Virus record (IMG/VR): IMGVR_UViG_3300045988_174371
Span: 1 to 64,000 of that record
Origin: a virus
DNA: 64,000 nt
Strand: one strand, 5' to 3'
The position numbers and the translations under genes are program-made. Every line of letters starts with the position of its first letter. The first letter of the stretch is position 1. The notes beneath the pieces are model-generated. The model was not told the origin of the DNA, made no database searches, and saw only the letters and a program-made list of their open reading frames with translations. Positions 1 to 8,938 of the stretch are shown in pieces.

Positions 1-131
1 TGGTGACAGATTTACAGTCTGCTTCCTTCGCCAATAGGAGTGCAACGGCTTATATGCAAATAGTTACACTATTGAGTTTTCAATGAGCTTTGCGTCGGTG
101 GCTTTTTCAAGCCCCCGCGTCTTATATATCA

Positions 132-142
132 AGTGTACCACA
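132..142 (-). promoter_or_regulatory. extended -10 promoter (window consensus TGTGnTACACT)
   Basis: Reverse complement (rc) reads TGTGGTACACT; points toward the left window edge. Confidence 0.5.
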
Positions 143-354
143 TGTTTTTCACGTGCACAACTCGGTATGGTGTTATTCGCGTCACATGAGCTACCCCTCG
201 CATATGAGAGAGATGCTACCGGGGACATCACCGCGTACAGGGAATAGACTCTCGACCATATTCAGCCACACGACGCGCTTGGAGCCACCAACATATGCTA
301 GGGGCGCTTCCTTCCTAGTGTAACCACCCAGGGCGGAAGAGCCTTTGACCTCCC

Positions 355-513
355 TGTAACAGTTAGATGGGTCAGAACTTAGTTCTGGCGGTAACCCTCT
401 AGTCAGCTTAGTGGCTGACCTTCTTGTTCTTGACACTACCGCAACCCGGCTAGGCATCGGCAATGTCCGTTTATTTCAGATACCTCTCCCAGCCTCTCTT
501 AGTCGAGGTGGTG
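355..513 (-). ncRNA. structured RNA element, copy A of a 4-member family
   Basis: Aligns with 2000-2168, 37611-37764 and 60481-60575. Shares the core (rc) GGTGTCAAGAnCAnGAAGG, a UAA-loop hairpin at 371-389 and a long-range stem 388-394/436-442. No promoter of its own; lies just 3' of the recombinase terminator. Confidence 0.5.
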
Positions 514-560
514 GAATGCGGGTATGGTTCCCTCCGCATTCATGGTTCTGTAGGTGCAAG

Positions 561-594
561 GAAGCCCCTTAGAATACATCCTCTAAGGGGCTTC
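561..594 (-). terminator. hairpin terminator of recombinase operon
   Basis: 11-bp arms gaagcccctta / taaggggcttc, 17 nt after the stop at 611. Confidence 0.6.
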
Positions 595-610
595 AGGAAA
601 AGGTTTGCCG

Positions 611-1324
611 CTACTCGTCGGGGGTAACTACGCCTTTCAGGTACCTGATTAGCGTGGAGCGGCTAGTGCCAATCCGTCGGGCAACCTCAGGCTTTGATAA
701 GCCTTCCGCAAGTAAGCGTCGAGCCTCCGCAATATCCTCCGTGGTGAGGCTCTTAGGTTTCTTGTATGCGCCACGCGCTTTAGCTTCTTCAACGCCGCGC
801 CTGCTACGCTTAGGTAGTTTCGCTACCTCCGCCTCATATGCGGCAACTCGCCGCAAAAGGTCAGACACAAGAGTAGAGACAAGCTCATGCGTGGAGTCGT
901 CCTCAGTAGACCTGTCCATCGGGTATGAGCCAGAGGATGTAGCAGGGGTGCTAAGGACACCCGGTTCGTCAATATAGATAACGATAACCTGCTTCTCCTT
1001 CAAGGAATCCATCAGCTCTGCCACATGCCGCATATCGCGTCCCAGCCTCTCCACAGTGGGTGTGACAAGTACGTCGTGCGGTTGGAGGCAGTCAAGAACC
1101 TGCGCCAACCCATCACGCTCCTTATAGGTGGTGATGATGTTTGGGGTGTCCACCGTAACAAACTCTGCCCTATCAAAGGTTACAGTGCGGTAGACCTCAT
1201 CGCCAAAGTTTTCCCTGACCCACTCATGAATCCTCCACACCTGAGGCTCAGGGTTTTGCTCCGCAGAAGAAGTCCGCACATAACCATAGATGGTCTTAGT
1301 GGGCAAAAGCTTCCTGAGTGCCAT
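611..1324 (-). CDS. small serine recombinase (resolvase/invertase type)
   Basis: 237 aa. N-terminal YGYVRTSSAEQ and VERLGRD motifs; C-terminal HTH SKPEVARRIGTSRSTLIRYL. SD GAAAGGA before the ATG. Confidence 0.85.
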   Translation of the reverse strand: MALRKLLPTKTIYGYVRTSSAEQNPEPQVWRIHEWVRENFGDEVYRTVTFDRAEFVTVDTPNIITTYKERDGLAQVLDCLQPHDVLVTPTVERLGRDMRHVAELMDSLKEKQVIVIYIDEPGVLSTPATSSGSYPMDRSTEDDSTHELVSTLVSDLLRRVAAYEAEVAKLPKRSRRGVEEAKARGAYKKPKSLTTEDIAEARRLLAEGLSKPEVARRIGTSRSTLIRYLKGVVTPDE

Positions 1325-1348
1325 ACTGTGTCCTTTCAGAATAATGCG

Positions 1349-1894
1349 CTAAGCGCTCTCTGCTTTGCGGCGTTCTTCCTGCTCACGTGCGAGCTCCGCA
1401 ATGCGCTCGCTAATCATAGCGTCGCCGCGCTTAGTAAGCGCAATCAGGAGGGCGATAATCGCACGACGGAAAACATAATCAGCCAAGCTAGGCTCGGTGT
1501 CAGCTTTCAGGAATTTTGCTTCTAGGACGGTAGCCATTAGCGAGTTCATGGCAAAGAGAGCGCCGGCATCCTCTTCATAGCTCTTGGCGTTGGCGGCGAT
1601 AGCTGACACGCGGGCAAGCTCTTCGTCAGTAAACTCCAGCTCATCATTTCGACCAACATGCCAGCGCTTCTGCAAAAGCTTCTCGCGAAGCCACTTGGAG
1701 TCCTCAAGACCTTCCTCGTGGAGAGCTTCTGCGAGGATTCGAGAGCTACCGCCGCTCGCCCAAGTAGCACTAATAAGGTCTTCTGCCGCCGCTTGCAGGC
1801 GGTATTTGCGGACTGCTCCCGAAGGAGTCTTAGCGTCAATGAAAGCGCGTAGCGCGTTAGATAGATTGGTGACGGTAGTGGTAGAAATAAACAT
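1349..1894 (-). CDS. hypothetical protein, co-transcribed with the recombinase
   Basis: 181 aa; SD AGGAGA 6 nt before the ATG; stop lies 24 nt before the recombinase start. Confidence 0.7.
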   Translation of the reverse strand: MFISTTTVTNLSNALRAFIDAKTPSGAVRKYRLQAAAEDLISATWASGGSSRILAEALHEEGLEDSKWLREKLLQKRWHVGRNDELEFTDEELARVSAIAANAKSYEEDAGALFAMNSLMATVLEAKFLKADTEPSLADYVFRRAIIALLIALTKRGDAMISERIAELAREQEERRKAESA

Positions 1895-1999
1895 GAATAG
1901 TCTCCTATACGTAGTGGATAAAAAGAGATGTAGCCGCCGCCGCGTATATGGGAAGAAACGCTTCCCGTCTACGGTAATTACCTACCCAAGGCAGGATAC

Positions 2000-2168
2000 A
2001 CATCCGGCTCCCAAAGCGGCTGGATGGGGTAGAGATTATCCCTGGCGGCAACCCTCCGGTTGGCAAACGTCAGCCTTCCTGGTCTTGACACCACCGCCGC
2101 CCGGCTAGGCTTTGGTAATGTCCGTTTAGTTTATCCACCTCTCCCGTCTCTCACAGGCGAGGTGTAGC
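2000..2168 (-). ncRNA. structured RNA element, copy B (5' leader of the 1349-1894 operon)
   Basis: Begins about 7 nt downstream of the promoter at 2175-2185. P1 hairpin 2136-2164, core GGTGTCAAGACCAGGAAGG (rc), UAA-loop hairpin 2031-2043. Confidence 0.55.
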
Positions 2169-2174
2169 ATTTTC

Positions 2175-2185
2175 AGTGTAGCACA
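2175..2185 (-). promoter_or_regulatory. extended -10 promoter
   Basis: rc reads TGTGCTACACT, immediately upstream of RNA element B. Confidence 0.6.
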
Positions 2186-2221
2186 TTCCTGGCTATGAGC
2201 CTTTATTTCGCATTCGACACG

Positions 2222-2494
2222 CTACAGGAGCGCTTTACCGAATGTGATAGACCAGCAGGAGTCGCAGGACTTGTAGCCGCATCCTTCGGGGTGTGGGCGG
2301 TGGTGGCGTATGGTTGCCCTGTCTTCATGGTCGTTATCGACTTCGCCGGTGGTGTTGTATGCCTTCACGATAGCGTTAAGGTCTTCACCGTTTCGCCACG
2401 GGTAATAAACCCTGCGCTTATCATTTTCTTCTAGGACGCGGCGCTTGCCGCCTTTCCAATGCCAATGGCTATATTTGCCGTCGCGGTTGGACAT
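2222..2494 (-). CDS. hypothetical protein
   Basis: 90 aa; SD GAGGTAA before the ATG; HWHWKGGKRRV segment of unclear meaning. Confidence 0.5.
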   Translation of the reverse strand: MSNRDGKYSHWHWKGGKRRVLEENDKRRVYYPWRNGEDLNAIVKAYNTTGEVDNDHEDRATIRHHRPHPEGCGYKSCDSCWSITFGKALL

Positions 2495-2550
2495 AATGTT
2501 TACCTCATTCCTGCGTTCTACTTGCGGTGCGTTACGCCTGCGGCGTGCAC

Positions 2551-3003
2551 CTAACCATCTTTGATGGCGTTAGGGAAGCCAGCGGTTACATACCAGCCAT
2601 ACCCCCATCCACCAAACCCGTCCTTGCCTTCGTCGCCTATGCAGAGCACTTTGCGGCGACGATTGCCTGTGAAGGTAATGGTGAAGCAACCATTGTCTTC
2701 ATCGTCCTCATCTTCATGTTCGGCGCGGATACTGCGGATGATGATGCCTTCAAGGTTTTCATCTCGGAAGCGAAGTGAGGAGTTGATACCTCCGCAACAT
2801 TCACAGCCGTTGATGGATTCCAAGGAAAATTCGTACCCGTTATCCAATGTCAAGGTTTCAATGTGTGGGCTATCGTAGCCGCCCGTATGTTTCACCTTAG
2901 TTACGGTTCGCCCGATAAGTACCTTGCTGAGGTATTCTTTGAGGCGGTACATGCCGTAGAGGGGGTGCTCTTTGTAGGCTGGGTATTTGTTGGGTGGGCG
3001 CAT
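2551..3003 (-). CDS. hypothetical protein, GCxCC-motif family (paralogue of 53696-54316)
   Basis: Start moved to the ATG at 3003 because the -10 at 3072-3082 lies inside the longer ORF. SD AAGGGAAG; motif LDNGYEFSLESINGCECCGG. Confidence 0.7.
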   Translation of the reverse strand: MRPPNKYPAYKEHPLYGMYRLKEYLSKVLIGRTVTKVKHTGGYDSPHIETLTLDNGYEFSLESINGCECCGGINSSLRFRDENLEGIIIRSIRAEHEDEDDEDNGCFTITFTGNRRRKVLCIGDEGKDGFGGWGYGWYVTAGFPNAIKDG

Positions 3004-3071
3004 TGTGTCTTCCCTTGCTTTGATTGGTGGATATTTGGGGAGGGCAACTGAGGCACCCCCCTCATCTCCAT

Positions 3072-3082
3072 ATTGTACCACA
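3072..3082 (-). promoter_or_regulatory. extended -10 promoter
   Basis: rc reads TGTGGTACAAT. Confidence 0.6.
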
Positions 3083-3098
3083 TATCATTAGCACTTTG

Positions 3099-3146
3099 GA
3101 AAGACTGTGGCACACTCCTAATGTCGGGGGCGTGTCACAGTCTTTC
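3099..3146 (-). terminator. hairpin terminator
   Basis: 11-bp arms gaaagactgtg / cacagtctttc downstream of the stop at 3185. Confidence 0.5.
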
Positions 3147-3184
3147 AATGCTTATGTCCGATAGGGCGCGGCTATTAGTAGCAC

Positions 3185-3595
3185 TTAGGGATTGGCTACC
3201 TCAATATTATGCGCCTCCCCAAAGTTTACGCCCCTACTGTTGATGTATTCGAGCTCGTCGAACTGTACGTCGCCGGGGCAGTGGTTGCCGCGATGGAGGG
3301 GGTCGTATGGTCCTTCCCAGCAGGTGATGCAGTCGCGGGTGTATTGGGTGACACTAAGGGTTCCATCTGGCTTGCCGGTGTAGTCTTTGAGGGTGAGTTG
3401 GTTGTTGTTGCCTCCTGTTACGAACCTGGTTGAGGTGACGATTGTGCCGTCGTTGCGGATGGTGTCAAATTTGATGGTTGCCCCTACGCGGATTGCGGTG
3501 GGGAGGAAGCGTTCGCCGCTACTGTTGATGAGCTGGTAGCCTAGTTTGTTGGTAAGGGTGATAGGCTTAGGGGTTTCGTTGGTCTGCGTGGTCAT
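3185..3595 (-). CDS. hypothetical protein
   Basis: Start set at the ATG at 3595 (MTTQTNE), downstream of the promoter at 3664-3674; SD GAAAGGAA. Confidence 0.7.
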   Translation of the reverse strand: MTTQTNETPKPITLTNKLGYQLINSSGERFLPTAIRVGATIKFDTIRNDGTIVTSTRFVTGGNNNQLTLKDYTGKPDGTLSVTQYTRDCITCWEGPYDPLHRGNHCPGDVQFDELEYINSRGVNFGEAHNIEVANP

Positions 3596-3663
3596 GGTAC
3601 AGGTTCCTTTCGGAGGGGTCTTAGCGGTTCTTTTACACAGTCTTTCCTCTGCTTGACAAGAAA

Positions 3664-3674
3664 AGTGTATCACA
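3664..3674 (-). promoter_or_regulatory. extended -10 promoter
   Basis: rc reads TGTGATACACT. Confidence 0.65.
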
Positions 3675-3733
3675 TATTTGCGGGCTCCCAAGTAGCGCTT
3701 GGGTGGTGTGTCACACACGACGTATCGAGCACC

Positions 3734-3799
3734 TAAAAAGGCGGCTAAGTGAGAACCTGGCTGGACATATCCAGCCAAAACAGTTCCACTTAGCCGCCT
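3734..3799 (-). terminator. rho-independent terminator
   Basis: 13-bp arms aggcggctaagtg / cacttagccgcct followed by a U-run on the minus strand. Confidence 0.7.
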
Positions 3800-3832
3800 C
3801 ATTTACAAGCATTGCTTTAAGTCTAACGGAAG

Positions 3833-4765
3833 CTAATGCTTGCCTGAGTTCATCCTCTTGAGCTTACGACATGAATCGTAGAGTAGATACGCGGACACGC
3901 CTAGCATTACAATTCCCAAGAGGTACGCCAGTACCTTCACAAACTGGAAGACGATAGCGATAATGACGAGCGCGGCGGCAAGCCACAGGAGCTTTGTTAG
4001 GAGCCCATCAGTGGGGATTTTGTTCTTTAGGTTCATGGGATTAAGTTCCTCATTTTCTTCATGAGTGGGTATTGGTGCTGATGGTGAGACCTCAGGCTTG
4101 GGTGTGTAGTTGCAGGTGAGGGATGGGTATTCCCCGTACCCGTCTAGGGTGAGTAGGAGGTCTTCCAGGGATGGGATTTCTGAGGGGTGTAGTTGGTTCG
4201 TGGCGGCTTGCTTTGCCACTTCAGTTAGCATGTTGTAGGCGTGTATGAATGCGGCTTCAGTGAAGACACTTTCGGGGAGTTCATCAACATTCAGTGCCAG
4301 GAACAGCGAGAACGGAGTTTCTGCTTTCACTGGAATTGTTTTCTGAACGAATAGCCAGCTTGCCCCTCTGCGGGCGACCTCTTCTGGTCGATACACTTCA
4401 AACTCGAATATCGGCGTGAAAGAGGCGGCTCTACGGTCACTGTCATCTAGCCGCTTGACGGCTAGTAGCGGGAAAGGAGCAGAGACGTATTTCAGCTTAA
4501 CATTATCGCTATTGGCTAGTTTGTGCAGTTCGTGCCAGTAGATACCATTATCGTCAATGTTGCGGTTGGTTTCTCGGCGCATGGCTCTAACCTGGGCGGC
4601 TACATCAATCTCGTACACGTCTTCTAGCGGGTAGTAGAAACCTTCTAGTTTCTCTTGGTAGGTTACGAGGCGGCTGTAGGTGATGGAGCCGTGGTATGCC
4701 TTAAGTACTTCGTGCTGGTTGGGGGTGAGCCCATAGTGTTCTGCGGGGGTGTCGGTAGTGCTCAT
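3833..4765 (-). CDS. hypothetical protein with C-terminal transmembrane anchor
   Basis: 310 aa; ATGA start/stop overlap with the upstream gene; hydrophobic C-terminus LLWLAAALVIIAIVF... Confidence 0.75.
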   Translation of the reverse strand: MSTTDTPAEHYGLTPNQHEVLKAYHGSITYSRLVTYQEKLEGFYYPLEDVYEIDVAAQVRAMRRETNRNIDDNGIYWHELHKLANSDNVKLKYVSAPFPLLAVKRLDDSDRRAASFTPIFEFEVYRPEEVARRGASWLFVQKTIPVKAETPFSLFLALNVDELPESVFTEAAFIHAYNMLTEVAKQAATNQLHPSEIPSLEDLLLTLDGYGEYPSLTCNYTPKPEVSPSAPIPTHEENEELNPMNLKNKIPTDGLLTKLLWLAAALVIIAIVFQFVKVLAYLLGIVMLGVSAYLLYDSCRKLKRMNSGKH

Positions 4766-5580
4766 TTGGTGGTGCGGCTTTCTCGGAGCGCTTTAACCTG
4801 GCTGGCGATTACGCAGTCGTCTAGTGTTGCGTAATCCTCTTCTTCCTGGGTGACGGTTCCAGGTACTTGCAGGATGGACTGCACGTCTACAGGTGAGACG
4901 TTGATGCTGTTGCGGGTGGACTCTTTATACAGCTTGAGGGTTTGCTGGTTTTCCTCTTGGGCGGCGGCAATCTGGAGCGCAATGTTGTATGCTTCGAGCT
5001 GACTTCCGATGGTTTCGTTGTTTCGGCGCAGGGTGCGGAAGCTTTCCCCTAGTACTTCAATGGTCGCTTCATTGCTGTCGATGATAGATTGTTTACCTAG
5101 GGCTTCACGCATGAGGGCGATAATTTCGGGGTCGTCGTCGCCCTTGTCGGCATTGCGGAGGATAGCTTCTTTTAGTTCGGCTACTTCACGGCGGTAGGTT
5201 GCGTTTCGTTCGCGGTATTGGGTGAGCTGGGCGGCGATGCCTGCTTCTTTTGCCTGGTTAGCTTTGTGCTTTTCGATGAGCTCTTCACAGTTTGCGTCGC
5301 TGGTGTTGATGGTCATGGTGGTTCCTTTCAGTGCTCTTTGGGCGGCTTCGACCGTGATGGTGTTGCCTAGCGTTTCGATGTACGCTTCGGTGGTGTCTTT
5401 GTCGAACCTGGCAAGTGCGTATTTGCCGAGGGTTCGGGGTGCTTCGAGGATGTCGCGTGCGGCGGCTCTGATGGTAGAGTTTGGGGTGCCGGTGAGCGCC
5501 TTGTTGAGCTGGTAGACATACTCGATGTTAGCTATTGCCTTATCCCATGCTTCATCATTGGGGTTATCGGTGTCGGTCAT
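4762..5580 (-). CDS. hypothetical coiled-coil protein
   Basis: 272 aa; SD GAAAGGGA before the ATG. Confidence 0.75.
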   Translation of the reverse strand: MTDTDNPNDEAWDKAIANIEYVYQLNKALTGTPNSTIRAAARDILEAPRTLGKYALARFDKDTTEAYIETLGNTITVEAAQRALKGTTMTINTSDANCEELIEKHKANQAKEAGIAAQLTQYRERNATYRREVAELKEAILRNADKGDDDPEIIALMREALGKQSIIDSNEATIEVLGESFRTLRRNNETIGSQLEAYNIALQIAAAQEENQQTLKLYKESTRNSINVSPVDVQSILQVPGTVTQEEEDYATLDDCVIASQVKALRESRTTK

Positions 5581-5616
5581 AGTTTCCCTTTCTGCGGGGT
5601 CTATTAGGGCTGGTCG

Positions 5617-6174
5617 CTAGTTTCTGTAAACGACTCCTACTGCCACGTCGTAAACCATGTGGTGAAATGCATAGAATCCCACTATGGAGAAGAGGAAAAG
5701 GCAGATGAGCAGAGGCACCGCTGGTAAGCCGTCCCAGTCATTTGCGCCACAGCTTTCAGCTGGTTCGTGACGGCAGTTCTCATGCTTTGGAGTGCCGGTT
5801 TCTCTTGGTGAACTGTCTGCTACCGCTACTGTTGTTGAGGCGGCGGGGCTGGTGGTGGCATGGTGAGTGTCCGTCTTCACCGTTGCAGTGAGAAGCATGA
5901 TGCCACCTAGCAGTATCCCTGCTACAAGGAATACGGGTATGACGATTTTGAGGAACAGCGAGGCGTTCTTCTTATGTGCTTCACGCTTCGCTCCCCTCAT
6001 CTTCTGAGCTTGGTGCTTCTGCTCGGTTGCCTCTACGTTTAGGTAAGTTTCAAATACTGGGTATGTTCCTGCCGGTGTTTCAGGGTCGCGTAGAGCGCTG
6101 TAGGTTGCCTGCGGGTTGCCGCTGTAGGTCGCCAGCCACCCCTCAATAGCGAAGATGGGGGGGGGTAGGTTCAT
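5617..6174 (-). CDS. membrane protein (paralogue of 6337-7110)
   Basis: 185 aa; shared motif R(D/N)PETPAGTYPVFE(T/A)YL; codons 4-6 are a C9 run (G9 at 6157-6165 on the plus strand). Confidence 0.65.
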   Translation of the reverse strand: MNLPPPIFAIEGWLATYSGNPQATYSALRDPETPAGTYPVFETYLNVEATEQKHQAQKMRGAKREAHKKNASLFLKIVIPVFLVAGILLGGIMLLTATVKTDTHHATTSPAASTTVAVADSSPRETGTPKHENCRHEPAESCGANDWDGLPAVPLLICLFLFSIVGFYAFHHMVYDVAVGVVYRN

Positions 6175-6336
6175 GTGTCATGGTGCGCAATGTCTGCTTA
6201 ACCGCCTTTCTTTAGGGGTGAGGATGGTTACGGCGGGCACCCACACGAATGAGATGCCGTGGAAGGGTACCCGCCGGTCAGGTTATCGGCTATTGGCGGT
6301 GGTTGAGATGAGAGTCACCTGCTTTTAGCCGCCTTA

Positions 6337-7110
6337 TTAGGGGTTGTCTATAAGAATCTTCCCCCAGAGGAGAACCACAAATATTGCGCCCAAACCGATG
6401 ACTAAGGTAAAGACGAGAAGACCGACAGAGTTACTGTCTGCTGTCGCCTCCGCAGAGCCACTACTTCCGTCTTCTGCCGTGTAACGCACACCACAGTCCT
6501 CATTAGCTGGGACATAGTATTCGTCACGCCCCGTCCCCTTGCCGTAGTGCAGTGCGCCGTTACCGTCCAAGAACGGGGACTTGGTTGGGGTGGTCAGGCA
6601 GTGTTTCTGCTCCTGTGCGGCGGCTTCGCCCGTTGCTGTTGCCGTCCCTTCGGCTACTGCAACAGTTGTTGAGGTCGAGGTGGGGGTTGCCGTGGGAGTA
6701 GACGTTTCGGTAGCTGTGGCTCTAGGAGTTGCTGTGGCGGCGATGGATGGAGCGGTAACTTGCTCCCGCTTCATGCTGGATGTGAAATTGATAGCACCAA
6801 TAACGAGCAGTGTTACTACCAGTGATACAGGGACACCGATTGCCACCCATAGGGCTGTTTTCTTCCAGAATGCTTTCCGTTTCTGTTTCCGCTCACGCTT
6901 AAACTGGGTTGCCTTTTCAATTACATCAACACCTAGGTACGCTTCGAATACTGGGTACGTTCCTGCCGGTGTTTCGGGGTTGCGCATGGTGGCGTTTAGC
7001 GCCCGCACCTTAGGGGACTGTTGAGCCTGTGCCTTAGCGCCGTAGTTGTAGCGCGCGTTCCAGTTCCTCATGATGCTTTCAAAGGTGATTTTCGGCTCTT
7101 CGTTCTCCAT
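6337..7110 (-). CDS. membrane protein with Thr/Ala-rich extracellular segment
   Basis: 257 aa; shares the RNPETPAGTYPVFEAYL motif and the upstream aaagaaaggcggt sequence with 5617-6174. Confidence 0.75.
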   Translation of the reverse strand: MENEEPKITFESIMRNWNARYNYGAKAQAQQSPKVRALNATMRNPETPAGTYPVFEAYLGVDVIEKATQFKRERKQKRKAFWKKTALWVAIGVPVSLVVTLLVIGAINFTSSMKREQVTAPSIAATATPRATATETSTPTATPTSTSTTVAVAEGTATATGEAAAQEQKHCLTTPTKSPFLDGNGALHYGKGTGRDEYYVPANEDCGVRYTAEDGSSGSAEATADSNSVGLLVFTLVIGLGAIFVVLLWGKILIDNP

Positions 7111-7221
7111 TGTGCTGTATCACCGCCTTTCTTTCTGATTGTCTTTGTGCGCGCGGGCACCCCCTGTGGCGATTATGCTGTGGGGTGCCCTGCCCGCTAA
7201 TGTGTTGAGGAATGTAGTCGC

Positions 7222-8211
7222 TTAGAGGTTGCGGCGACGTTCTTCGAGGTAGCTTTCTGCTTCCATCATTGCGAACTCTTTAGTGCCTTCACCATTGTTG
7301 CTGTCACGTATCTCATTCCAAGCTTGCAGGCGAGCCCTTGCTTCCTTCACAGCGGAGGATAGACCGTTCGCGCTGTCATCACCCAGGTTTAGGGCGATGC
7401 TGATGCGCTGTAGCTGTTCCTGGTCGCTTTCGTGCTGACGGTAGGTTTGCAGGCTCAGGAGCGCCGCTTCTTCCTCATCGATGAGCGTAGACTTCGTGTC
7501 GATGAGGTCGCGGTAGCCTTCCTGCACTTCCAAGTTGTTCTTGAGGCGGCTCTCCTTGTTGTGGATTTGCATTGCGTCAAGAGTTAGAGCTTTGCGGACT
7601 TCCTCAAGATGACTCTTCTCCTCGTTGCTGAGCGTCGCCTTGCTGGTGAGCTTCTTCTCTTCGCGCAGGTTAGAGTCGATACGGTTGCTGAGGTTCTTAA
7701 TGTCAGCCTCTAGGAGCTTAGCGTCAGTGATGGTCGCCATAATGGGCAGAGCACTATTGCCTAGCGCTCTACGCATATTCAGGACGGTGTTCATGGCTTC
7801 CTGAATAGTGGGGTCGCCACTTACGTTCTTATCGATAGCTGTCATGATTTGTAGAATCCTCTCTCCAGATGCAATGCTTGCCAGCTCTTCTTTCGTCACG
7901 CCACTGTACTGGTAATGGTCATACAGGGCGCTCTCAGTTTCGCGGTGTAGGTCTGCATAAGCTCTCTCCGCTTCCGTGAGCGTCGTAGCGGAAGTGATGG
8001 CGTTGTAGTAGCGGATGATTGCACTCTGCAACGCTAGGGAGCCTACAGGCGGCGTATTGTTCTTAGGAAGACCAATGCCTCCCCACCCTAGTCGGGCGTA
8101 TACCAGCAGGGCGTTGCTCTGAGCGATTTCCTGCCTCAGCTTACGGGCGGGGGTTAGCTCAAAGCTGGTGGTTTCTTCCGGCGGTGGGGCTGTCTTTTTC
8201 TTACGTTTCAT
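7222..8211 (-). CDS. hypothetical coiled-coil protein
   Basis: 329 aa; SD AAGGGA before the ATG. Confidence 0.75.
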   Translation of the reverse strand: MKRKKKTAPPPEETTSFELTPARKLRQEIAQSNALLVYARLGWGGIGLPKNNTPPVGSLALQSAIIRYYNAITSATTLTEAERAYADLHRETESALYDHYQYSGVTKEELASIASGERILQIMTAIDKNVSGDPTIQEAMNTVLNMRRALGNSALPIMATITDAKLLEADIKNLSNRIDSNLREEKKLTSKATLSNEEKSHLEEVRKALTLDAMQIHNKESRLKNNLEVQEGYRDLIDTKSTLIDEEEAALLSLQTYRQHESDQEQLQRISIALNLGDDSANGLSSAVKEARARLQAWNEIRDSNNGEGTKEFAMMEAESYLEERRRNL

Positions 8212-8283
8212 AGGGGTTTTCCCTTTTTCTGGTATGTAAGGCGCGGCAGGATGCGCCGCTGAGAACCTTATGTATCACCCCTT

Positions 8284-8294
8284 ATTGTACCTCA
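8284..8294 (-). promoter_or_regulatory. extended -10 promoter
   Basis: rc reads TGAGGTACAAT. Confidence 0.5.
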
Positions 8295-8395
8295 AAAATG
8301 GGGAGCGTGGGAATATCTCGCGATTGAGCTTCATAACTGCCAGCAGGTAACGGATGCCGTCAGTTGAGCGGGGATAGCCACCGAATAAAAAGGGG

Positions 8396-8442
8396 TGCGA
8401 AAATAGGTCTGTCACCTACGCAAAGATGGTAGATGACAGACC
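8396..8442 (-). terminator. terminator after tRNA-Thr
   Basis: 9-bp arms ggtctgtca / tgacagacc followed by a U-rich tract on the minus strand. Confidence 0.6.
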
Positions 8443-8470
8443 TTAAACGAAGCCGTATTAAGTTTTCAGA

Positions 8471-8545
8471 TGGAGCCTCTTACCAGGTTCGAACTGGTGA
8501 CCCTCCGCTTACAAGGCGGATGCTCTACCGCTGAGCTAAAGAGGC
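8471..8545 (-). tRNA. tRNA-Thr (anticodon TGT), CCA encoded
   Basis: Cloverleaf read by hand: acceptor GCCTCTT/AAGAGGC, D stem GCTC/GAGC, anticodon loop CTTGTAA, T loop TTCGAAC, then T-CCA. Confidence 0.9.
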
Positions 8546-8855
8546 GGAAACGTGCGCGGATGCGTGGGGCTAGGTAGCCCCATAGTGTCATACCGCCCAC
8601 AACACAATGAGTATATAGCAACCGAACCCACAAAACAGCAGGGAACGGCAAAAGAGTGGCGGCTAACCCGCAACCCCAACCCCTCAGAATAAACACAAGG
8701 GAAGTAAGTTGCAGAGTAGCCGCCACCAAAAGCTTACTGTCTGCGAATCAGTATGTCGCAACGTGAACCCGCAACCTCATGCAAAACCCATAAACATGAG
8801 TTGAGCATGAAGAAGTCAGCTCACCCTGAAACGCGCCAGCATAAGTACCGAACAA

Positions 8856-8911
8856 GCGCAGAACCGCTAAGAAGAGCCAATCGTAGGCTTACCCCCCTGG
8901 CGGCTCTGCGC
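8856..8911 (-). terminator. hairpin terminator of surface-protein gene
   Basis: 12-bp arms with one G.U pair that works only on the minus strand. Confidence 0.55.
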
Positions 8912-8938
8912 CACGCCGGAACACTGAGGAAAACCTAA

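Noticed and set aside
83-323. Small plus-strand ORFs at the left edge (83-250, 90-323) downstream of a TACACT box at 65-70
   Set aside because: There is no SD, the composition is odd, and the region is truncated by the window edge. Evidence is insufficient.
191-463. ORFs crossing the repeated structured elements (191-463 minus, 1584-2108 plus)
   Set aside because: The reading frame is not conserved between the four element copies. The conservation pattern fits base-paired RNA, not codons.
8466-8729. 87-aa minus-strand ORF
   Set aside because: It overlaps the well-folded tRNA-Thr (8471-8545) and its promoter region and has no SD. It is an ORF-finder artefact.
8600-8855. C/A-rich ~250-nt gap with a duplicated aacccgcaacc 11-mer and a 61-aa plus-strand ORF (8753-8938)
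   Set aside because: It has no promoter motif, no SD and no convincing structure. It is probably spacer between the terminator and the tRNA promoter.
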